This document shows positions 56,682-64,000 of a DNA stretch of 64,000 nt, in pieces; the stretch's first letter is position 1; every line of letters starts with the position of its first letter. The notes under the pieces were generated by a model that saw only the letters and a program-made list of their open reading frames with translations, ran no database searches and was not told the origin of the DNA. The translations under genes were made by a program, and so were the position numbers. This DNA is from a virus: the IMG/VR virus record IMGVR_UViG_3300007619_000129, positions 1 through 64,000 of that record; one strand, written 5' to 3'.

Positions 56682-59600
56682 TTATTCTTCCTCTTTTTCC
56701 TCTTTTATAATGTGATCTAACTCATTTTCCACAATCAGATCATCTAATTTTTTTTCTCCCTCTTCTTCAAAAATTATCTCAATATCATCAACATCTCTAC
56801 TTTCTGATTCCTTAAGAATATTCCTCTTATTAATATTTAGGTCCTTTTTCATTGAATTAAGAGCTTTTTTAATTTCTTTAGTCATTCGTGCCTGCTGAAA
56901 CATCATCTTATCTAAGACATCCCTATTCGTTCTAGCATTAATTTCGTGAAAAGGCCCCTCTGCTTCAAACCTTTCATCATTAGCATCATAAGAATCACTC
57001 TCAAGAGAATTCATTCTTGACAAATCAGGCATAGAAGTAGCATACGGACCCTTACCATGCTTTAGTCTTTTTCTGTTGTATTGAACTCTTTGTGATTGAC
57101 TTATTGGATTTCTTTTTACAGGAACTTTTTCCTCTTCGCTTTCATCCAAATCAAATTCATCATCTTCTTCTTCAATGTCTAACATTAATGATTTTTTATT
57201 TTTTTCTTCTCCAGCGAAAAGGTCTTCTTCTTCCTCTTCTTCCCCTCCCTCTTCTTCTCCACCACCTGGACCTTCTTCACCGCCTAATCCCCCTAATCCA
57301 CCTTCTTCTTCACCACCAATTTCTTCTTCTCCACTCCCAAGAGCCTCTAATCCTGGACCTCCACCACCACCAAGTCCTCCACCCCCAAGTCCTCCACCAC
57401 CGCCTTCTCCACCAAGTGCTCCAGGTTCAGTAATTTGATCAAGGATTGCTTGTCTTTGTAGATCTTTTATCTGTTCTTCTTCTACTTTTTTAATTTCTTC
57501 TTTGGTTAAGTTAAAAACTTCACGATAAACATATCCATTTGATAACAAATTCTCAGGCTTTGATTGTGCAATCTCAAATCTACGACCAACAAGCTCCAAT
57601 TTTTGTTGTTGTGCTGTATTAGACGGATTAGATAAAGCAATTTTAAAATCAATTAAATCTTCTTCATCATATCCGTTAGCTGCTAAGTGAATTGCTGCTA
57701 TTTTATTTAATTCTGAAATTATAACTTTCTGAATAGCTTGTATAGCACGCGAGAATCTAACGTCCTCCTGAGCTAAATTCGCCTTCGAACTGTTATGAAC
57801 AATGTTTCCAGAAGAAGTGGCAAAATTATGCCATCTTTTAACGGTCAAATCATAAACCTCAATTGGAAATTTTAAATTAATGTCTCTAACACTTATAACC
57901 TTATGGTTATTTGGGGTTTTTTCTTTAAGTTTTGGAATTAAAATTTCTTTTTTAAAATCTCTCCACCCACTAAAACCATTTTCCTTTAATAAAGTTTTTA
58001 CATGTCGTAATCCAACTGGTGGAACTAAATCAAATCTTCCATCTCTATACTTGAATACGTCTCTATGAGTAAGATCATTTTCTACGCAGTAACCAATTAA
58101 CCAATCATAAGTGTAAGTTTTATACTTCCTCTTACTATGATGATTTTCTCCAAAAATTTTAGCCCTAACTTCAGGTCTTTGAAGTATTTCTTTATTTTGT
58201 TTAGTTTTAATTTTTCTATATTCAGAATCTTCCCAATTTTTCTTCATAACTTCAGACATAACATCTGAAATCTCATCTCCATGAATCCATTCATATAGTG
58301 GCCTACCAGGAGTTGTGGTTTCATATTTCATTTGCTTTGAAGACATTTCCTTATGATCTTCAGAACTAAGCCATTTTCTGTGAGCCTTTATACTTTTTTC
58401 TTCAACCCGAATATTCCTTAATAAATCATGACATTTCTCGCTATTAGCCCATAAAAGCTGATTTTTTCTTCTTCGCTCTTCTATTTCAGGATTGCCCATA
58501 ATATGAGTCATAAAATGGTTGGCATGATATTCAAAGTGTTCTTTCTTCCCCATTTCAACTAATAAATCAGGATTATTATTTCTTTTATTAAAAGAAGAAT
58601 GATGAATAACTCTATCATTCAAGGGCAATTTATAATTTTGTGTTGATTCAAAAACTAATTTATGGGTATAAATCCATTTTCCGTCTTGGAGAATTTGTTC
58701 ATAACCTTCAATTTTATCTCCTTTTTCTTTAGAAGAAATTTTTCTATAAAGTGGCATCAAAGACTCTCCAACCATAATCTCATCTGCCCTTTTATATTGC
58801 CCATTTCTTAATAAAAATGGATGATTTTCTGTACACAATATTTTTTCACCATTATCTAAAACAACTTCAGTTAATTTATTAACTGTTTTTGTTGGTCCTG
58901 CCCATTCAATTTCACCTGGTTTTATATTTCCCTGTAAATCAGATGAATAAACCCAATTTTTAATTCCATTTCTATATTCTTCAGAGATTTCTTTAATTGA
59001 CAATTCTCTACCGTCTAATAATGGAATTTTAGTGTCGGGATGTAAACAAAGCTGTTCATCAAATCCAATATATGCTTTTGGAACTTTAAGAGCAGCAAAT
59101 AACTTTTTCTGAATATATTCAACATCATCAATAGCAGTAGTGTTTGTACCACCGGGTAATGTGTCAATTCTTGTACCTCCTTCAGTACCTCGAATAGGAA
59201 TAAAATAATCAATATCTACTGACCAAGGATTATAACGAAGGTCTACTCGACCGGTATCTTTATCAATAACTTCTTGTGACTTAAGCTGTGTTCTTGCATT
59301 CTCAATGACATTTGGAACATCATCTGGCGGAATTCCAGCAACATCAATATAGAAAACTCTTCTTTCTGGAGCTCTGATAACCCTATAAACAAGCATTGCA
59401 TCTTCAATAAGAATAAGTTGTCTCCAAATTCTTCTAGCCGATTCCAAAATAGAAGAACCATAAGGTAAAAATGCATCATTCCCTTGTAATCTAAAGTGTG
59501 CAACTTGCCAATTTTGAAGAACTTGGTTTCCCACAGTTACCCACCTAAATCTTACGGACATTGGATCGTTTGGATCCCAACCCTCTTCTCTTTCTATCTC

Positions 59601-62462
59601 GTTTACAGGAATTGGATAAGCATTTATTACACCATATCCATCAGTAACATCAATAAAGATGAAAAAATCTCCATATTTGCATAAATTTCTCACCCAACCC
59701 AACAGTACGAATTCAATATTAAGTGTGTCGTAAAACAGTTCCTCAAGTAATTCTTTTATTTTAGCATTTTCTGAAAATATGTGAAGAGAACGACCCTTTT
59801 CATCAGGCGCTACCGATTCTTCCGCATGAACCTGAAGGGCTGATGCTATCTCAGGTGTATATTCCATTTCCGAATTTTTTATTATTACAAATTTTTGTGG
59901 TTCACAACTAAAATTCTCATAATTTAGATCGCAATCAGAACCAGCTGCAAAATTATGGTATTTATCTACAGTAAGGTTATAAACCATTTCCTTTTTATCT
60001 AAAAAATCTACACTTATAACTTTATGATTATTATAGTTTTGAACCCAATCATAATAAGACCTAAATCCTTCTTTAATAATTCTTGCTAAAATTTTATTTT
60101 GACTAGTTCCAACAGTGCTTGCCAATTCTCTATATGTCATTCCCTCTTTATAAGAATTACAAATATCCTGATAGGAAATTGATTGATCAATTAATTCTTT
60201 CCTTCCCACCCCTTCAACAACACTAAATCCATTATCTTCTTTAAGATTAGACCATGTTCCATAACCATGGGAAAAAATTCTTCTACGTATTGCATTTGGA
60301 GTACAAGATAATTTTTGACATAATTCATAAATGTTTTGACAATCTTTTGATTTTTCAATAATATCTTCTATTTCAGGACTTGTAGATTCTTTAATAATGT
60401 TATTGTCAGTTATGTGTTGTTGTATTTCATTTCTTTTTGACTTAAAGTCAACCCAATTTTTAAAGCCCCTTTCTCTTAATCTTCTTTTTATAACATTTTG
60501 ATCAACCTTAAGAGCTTTTTTTACCTTGCTCATTACAAAATTAAGCTCTATTGCTAACTCAAGAATTTTTTCAAAAGTAATATCAGTTCTTTTTGAAGGA
60601 TTATTTTCTCGCATCCATTTTGAATGCTTATTATTTGGTTTACCAAATTTATTTTTGTTATTAAGTTGAGCATGATATTTGTAATGCTCAATCCTATCCA
60701 TTATCATTAAATTTTCAAGTTTATTATTATCTTTATCAAAATCAATATGGTGAACAACCTCATTATCCTCTATTTTTCTTACAAAATGCTCTATAACAAA
60801 TCGATGTTCTCTCTGCCACCCCCCATATTTTTCCATTGTATAAATGTATTTGTATCCATTAGAATCTAATTTTTTAATTGTAAATGGCATAAGTGCCATT
60901 CCTGATTTTAGATCTTTTGCCTGAACATAATCTCCACCTCTCAATAAAAACTTATGGTCTAATGTAGAATCAATATGTCCTCCATCAAAATGAACTCTAA
61001 CTAATTTTTGTTTTTCTCCATTTCTTGAAAGTCTAGGACTATGAGCTTCTGCTATAACAATTTTGTTATTTTCATGATCGTAAGAATAAACATGAAATCT
61101 TTCACCATTTTTATATTTTTCCGAAAGCTCTTTAATGGTAAAAATACCATTAGTAGTATAAATTTTTGTATCTCCCCTTACACAAAAATCCGAATATCTT
61201 GAATTATGTACAATAATGCTATCTGTTGCGAAATTTTCATATCCATCTACTGTTAAATCTCCAACTTCTAATTGGTTAAATTTTTCAACAGAAACAACTT
61301 TATGATTATTTAATCTCAATTCTTTTTGTTTAAAATCAGACCAAGATTCATATCCCTGTTTTTTCAAATACTTACATAAAGTAAGTGGATTTATATCAAG
61401 AATTTCAGAAGCTTCTTTTTGGTTTAATGTACAACCATATCCAAAAACAGAAATAAGATTCTCAAAAGAACATACTAAATCAAAATTCTTATTTTTTCTT
61501 TGTTTTGCCTTTTTTGATATTTTATCTCTAATTTCACTTAAATTTGTTGGATTATTTTTTAATAAAAATTCTCTTCTTTTTTTGATTACATCTTCTCTTG
61601 AATTATTTTTAGCTACATTTTTTGCCCTAGATCCATCATCTCTTTCCCAGGCTTTTTTAATCCCATTTATCATTCTTTCTCTAATTTCTAAATTTTTCCA
61701 TTGTTCTTTAGTATTTTTTCCATGTAAAATTAAATGATCATGAGCATCCATAATTTGAAGGTTTTCTGGATTATTGTCTTGAGACAAAAAATTTATATGA
61801 TGAACATGTTCACTTTTTTTTATTTTTCTTTTAAAGAACCATTCAGCAATTAATTTGTGTTCTGACTGCCAACCATTCCAATTATTGTCTTTTCTATTAA
61901 AAGTTAATATACTTCTATAACCAAAAAATTTCTTTCCATCTTTATCCGATTTTCCTTCAAACCTTTTTCTATAAAAAGGCATCATAGAATCACCTGAACT
62001 TAAATTTTCCGCATCCTTATATGAACCATCTCTCATCATACACGGATGATCAGATGTACAAATCAAATATTTCCCATTATCAAAAGTAATTTTTACAGTA
62101 TCTTTAGTGCCTGAAATTCTTGGAGTGTGTGCCCATGCTGGAACAATACATCTCTTTTCATGATCATAAGAATAAACAATAAATTTTTCTCCATTTGGAT
62201 ATTTTTCTATTAACTCTTTTAATGTCAAAAACCCTTCAGGTCCAGGAATGGCTATTTTTGTATTAATATCAATACACAATCTATCGTATTGACCGTAAGC
62301 ATTTAGTGCATTCCCGTATACACCAGTAGTAGATTTTCGGAATACATCAAGGGCACTACTTGTGATTTCGCCTGTTCTAAAGCCTCTTACTTTTCGCTTT
62401 ACAATAGGTCCGGACCTAAATAGTCTTGTTAATCTTTTGAATAAATCGTTTTTTTGAGCCAT
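56682..62462 (-). CDS. Portal protein (T4 gp20 family) containing three inteins; spliced length ~712 aa
   Basis: Exteins PEIASAL, LCKYGD, AHFRL...PYGSSILE.ARRIWRQL.LIEDAMLVYR..RAPERRVFYIDV, DYFIP, IDTLPGG, LAQEDVRF. Confidence 0.95.
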   Translation of the reverse strand: MAQKNDLFKRLTRLFRSGPIVKRKVRGFRTGEITSSALDVFRKSTTGVYGNALNAYGQYDRLCIDINTKIAIPGPEGFLTLKELIEKYPNGEKFIVYSYDHEKRCIVPAWAHTPRISGTKDTVKITFDNGKYLICTSDHPCMMRDGSYKDAENLSSGDSMMPFYRKRFEGKSDKDGKKFFGYRSILTFNRKDNNWNGWQSEHKLIAEWFFKRKIKKSEHVHHINFLSQDNNPENLQIMDAHDHLILHGKNTKEQWKNLEIRERMINGIKKAWERDDGSRAKNVAKNNSREDVIKKRREFLLKNNPTNLSEIRDKISKKAKQRKNKNFDLVCSFENLISVFGYGCTLNQKEASEILDINPLTLCKYLKKQGYESWSDFKQKELRLNNHKVVSVEKFNQLEVGDLTVDGYENFATDSIIVHNSRYSDFCVRGDTKIYTTNGIFTIKELSEKYKNGERFHVYSYDHENNKIVIAEAHSPRLSRNGEKQKLVRVHFDGGHIDSTLDHKFLLRGGDYVQAKDLKSGMALMPFTIKKLDSNGYKYIYTMEKYGGWQREHRFVIEHFVRKIEDNEVVHHIDFDKDNNKLENLMIMDRIEHYKYHAQLNNKNKFGKPNNKHSKWMRENNPSKRTDITFEKILELAIELNFVMSKVKKALKVDQNVIKRRLRERGFKNWVDFKSKRNEIQQHITDNNIIKESTSPEIEDIIEKSKDCQNIYELCQKLSCTPNAIRRRIFSHGYGTWSNLKEDNGFSVVEGVGRKELIDQSISYQDICNSYKEGMTYRELASTVGTSQNKILARIIKEGFRSYYDWVQNYNNHKVISVDFLDKKEMVYNLTVDKYHNFAAGSDCDLNYENFSCEPQKFVIIKNSEMEYTPEIASALQVHAEESVAPDEKGRSLHIFSENAKIKELLEELFYDTLNIEFVLLGWVRNLCKYGDFFIFIDVTDGYGVINAYPIPVNEIEREEGWDPNDPMSVRFRWVTVGNQVLQNWQVAHFRLQGNDAFLPYGSSILESARRIWRQLILIEDAMLVYRVIRAPERRVFYIDVAGIPPDDVPNVIENARTQLKSQEVIDKDTGRVDLRYNPWSVDIDYFIPIRGTEGGTRIDTLPGGTNTTAIDDVEYIQKKLFAALKVPKAYIGFDEQLCLHPDTKIPLLDGRELSIKEISEEYRNGIKNWVYSSDLQGNIKPGEIEWAGPTKTVNKLTEVVLDNGEKILCTENHPFLLRNGQYKRADEIMVGESLMPLYRKISSKEKGDKIEGYEQILQDGKWIYTHKLVFESTQNYKLPLNDRVIHHSSFNKRNNNPDLLVEMGKKEHFEYHANHFMTHIMGNPEIEERRRKNQLLWANSEKCHDLLRNIRVEEKSIKAHRKWLSSEDHKEMSSKQMKYETTTPGRPLYEWIHGDEISDVMSEVMKKNWEDSEYRKIKTKQNKEILQRPEVRAKIFGENHHSKRKYKTYTYDWLIGYCVENDLTHRDVFKYRDGRFDLVPPVGLRHVKTLLKENGFSGWRDFKKEILIPKLKEKTPNNHKVISVRDINLKFPIEVYDLTVKRWHNFATSSGNIVHNSSKANLAQEDVRFSRAIQAIQKVIISELNKIAAIHLAANGYDEEDLIDFKIALSNPSNTAQQQKLELVGRRFEIAQSKPENLLSNGYVYREVFNLTKEEIKKVEEEQIKDLQRQAILDQITEPGALGGEGGGGGLGGGGLGGGGGPGLEALGSGEEEIGGEEEGGLGGLGGEEGPGGGEEEGGEEEEEEDLFAGEEKNKKSLMLDIEEEDDEFDLDESEEEKVPVKRNPISQSQRVQYNRKRLKHGKGPYATSMPDLSRMNSLESDSYDANDERFEAEGPFHEINARTNRDVLDKMMFQQARMTKEIKKALNSMKKDLNINKRNILKESESRDVDDIEIIFEEEGEKKLDDLIVENELDHIIKEEKEEE
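57792..59048 (-). mobile_element. Intein 3 of portal (419 aa, HNH-type)
   Basis: CLHPDTKI start, CTENHPF block B, VIHH..FNKRNN, VYDLTV..HNF, IVHN/S end. Confidence 0.93.
59874..61184 (-). mobile_element. Intein 2 of portal (437 aa, HNH-type, ends KN/S)
   Basis: CVRGDTKI start, STLDHKF, VVHHIDFDKDNN, VYNLTVDKYHNF, IIKN/S end. Confidence 0.9.
61203..62276 (-). mobile_element. Intein 1 of portal (358 aa, HNH-type)
   Basis: CIDINTKI start, CTSDHP, HVHHINF...NN, VGDLTVDGYENF, IVHN/S end. Confidence 0.93.
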
Positions 62463-62537
62463 TTTTGCTCCTATAGTGAATAGAAAGCTCTTCTATTTCA
62501 ATTATTATATCATATATGTAGCAATCAAATTTAATTA

Positions 62538-64000
62538 CTACTCAAGTAACCATTTCCATTTTTTTCCTAATCTTCCTTGGACCATACCTCTTTTGTTCAA
62601 GGAGCCGATTTTACTTGCCCCACTACCTGGAAGTGGTATAAATATTGAGTACTCTTCTTGTTTTCCTGTTGTAACGTCCGTATTTGATTTGATATCTTCT
62701 ATTTTAGTAGTTTTAACACCCATTGAATCAAGCATTATTTTTTTTGTTTCTCTTGCTCTTTTGTCAACTGTTCCACTTTCCCCAATAAGCCAAGAACCAA
62801 TAGCATAAGACATAACTAAATCATCATTATAACCCCTCATAGCTTCTGCTTTATCCGGGTTAGTCCAAACAAAGGTTCTCAGCTCTTTCAGTAGCCTTGT
62901 GCTGTATATTTTTATGGTTGTATTCCTAAGGGACTCTTCTAATTGAGAGATGGCCTGATTCCTTGTGCGTCCATTGGTGTCAAATCCTGCTTTATCCAAA
63001 TCTTGTCTATATGTAAATTCGTTTATTGAAATAATTTTGCTATCTCTATAAAAAATATTTGGATATTCTAAATCTCGTAACTTTATTAAGGATGCATGCC
63101 CATGCTGATTTCTTTCGGGTGCTACTAGTGCATTATTATATTTTCTTCCTACTTCATCTAATAATTCAGCAAATCTATCAGGGGCAATTTTTCCTTTATA
63201 TTCAGCAACACACTCACTTGAATCAAGATCTATAACAGGAAATGCTGAATAATCTTTTCCATATCCACTTGCGACATCTGCTGAAATCACATAGTAATGA
63301 CCTTTTACTGGATAATTCCAAATCCACAACCCACCATCTGATCCTTCTTTTCTAACTGGGTTTTTAGTTGATTTCTCAAGCATTTTCATAATGTGTGCAC
63401 TTACCAAAGTATCACCAGACGATAAGAAATCACATTCGTATTCTTGTGCGATTTCTTTTTCGTCCATATCTTTCGTTTGACTTTCAAACCATGCATCGTC
63501 TCTAGCGGGAACGCATCGCCAATCCAATTTGATTCCATTAAAGTTATTACACCCATCTTCTCCTGGTTTTTGGTTTTCCCATTTTTTTGCTGAGCTTTCA
63601 TATAATTTATGAAAAAGATTACCTACTCCTCTAGGTGTTGAAAGTAAAATACACCTACCTCCAGTAGAGATAGTTGGTTTAAGTCCCAACCACAGTTTAT
63701 CCATATTTTTAATAATGGCTGCCTCATCAACAATCAATAAGGAAAGGGCCTCTGAAACCCCTACATCATCCGATGTTGCTACAGCTTTTATAATTGATCC
63801 CCTGGATGATTCCATAGTATGTACAGATTCTTTTTCAACTTTCAGATATTGACGCATCCATTTAGGGAGGTTTGAAATAACAACCTTTACTTTTCTCAAA
63901 AGATTTTTTGCTACATCCTGTTTTGTAGCTACAATTAGTATATTTGCTGGTGGATGAAACAAAAACATCCAAGTAGCATATGCTGCTACAAGGGTTGACA
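62538..64000 (-). CDS. terL: Terminase large subunit (gp17 family), 5' end outside window
   Basis: Frame open to the window edge (STLVAAYATWM); Walker B LLIVDEAA, LSTPRG, QEYECDF, ADVASG...DYS, ERN, NDDLVM. Confidence 0.95.
   Translation of the reverse strand, partial: STLVAAYATWMFLFHPPANILIVATKQDVAKNLLRKVKVVISNLPKWMRQYLKVEKESVHTMESSRGSIIKAVATSDDVGVSEALSLLIVDEAAIIKNMDKLWLGLKPTISTGGRCILLSTPRGVGNLFHKLYESSAKKWENQKPGEDGCNNFNGIKLDWRCVPARDDAWFESQTKDMDEKEIAQEYECDFLSSGDTLVSAHIMKMLEKSTKNPVRKEGSDGGLWIWNYPVKGHYYVISADVASGYGKDYSAFPVIDLDSSECVAEYKGKIAPDRFAELLDEVGRKYNNALVAPERNQHGHASLIKLRDLEYPNIFYRDSKIISINEFTYRQDLDKAGFDTNGRTRNQAISQLEESLRNTTIKIYSTRLLKELRTFVWTNPDKAEAMRGYNDDLVMSYAIGSWLIGESGTVDKRARETKKIMLDSMGVKTTKIEDIKSNTDVTTGKQEEYSIFIPLPGSGASKIGSLNKRGMVQGRLGKKWKWLLE

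Noticed and set aside
724-63601. The many plus-strand and nested ORFs in the track (e.g. 34367-34870, 36330-36845, 50706-51215, 57175-57438)
   Set aside because: They are antisense or alternate-frame shadows of well-supported genes, with S/F/L/P-rich composition and no motifs
1-64000. Stop-codon reassignment, as seen in some jumbo phages
   Set aside because: Conserved genes are full length in the standard code, coding density is high, and TAA, TAG and TGA all end genes

Overview
AT-rich fragment of a large T4-like contractile-tailed (myovirus, probably jumbo) dsDNA phage in the standard genetic code. Almost every gene is on the minus strand. Reading in the direction of transcription (64000 to 1): head module (terminase large subunit, portal with three inteins, protease, scaffold, major capsid); an accessory island (Hef-like and HNH nucleases, GNAT-methyltransferase fusion); neck and tail module (two tandem ~1000-aa sheaths, tube, chaperone, tape measure, baseplate); a 5-kb island of three zinc-finger-repeat nucleases around a methyltransferase and a convergent nuclease-like ORF; then replication, recombination and dTTP genes (minimal PolA, SSB, RecA, dUTPase, flap nuclease, helicase, split NrdJ, ThyA, DHFR, Tmk). 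The best candidates for undescribed biology are: (1) the shuffled zinc-finger-repeat nuclease array; (2) a loop-deleted tail-tube paralog inside the head cluster; (3) back-to-back portal inteins separated by six residues; (4) a protein carrying a copy of the capsid N-terminal segment; (5) two apparently dead enzymes (HD and AdoMetDC folds); (6) the GNAT-MTase fusion. No tRNA, rRNA or CRISPR array was seen. All calls come from motif recognition by eye, without database searches.
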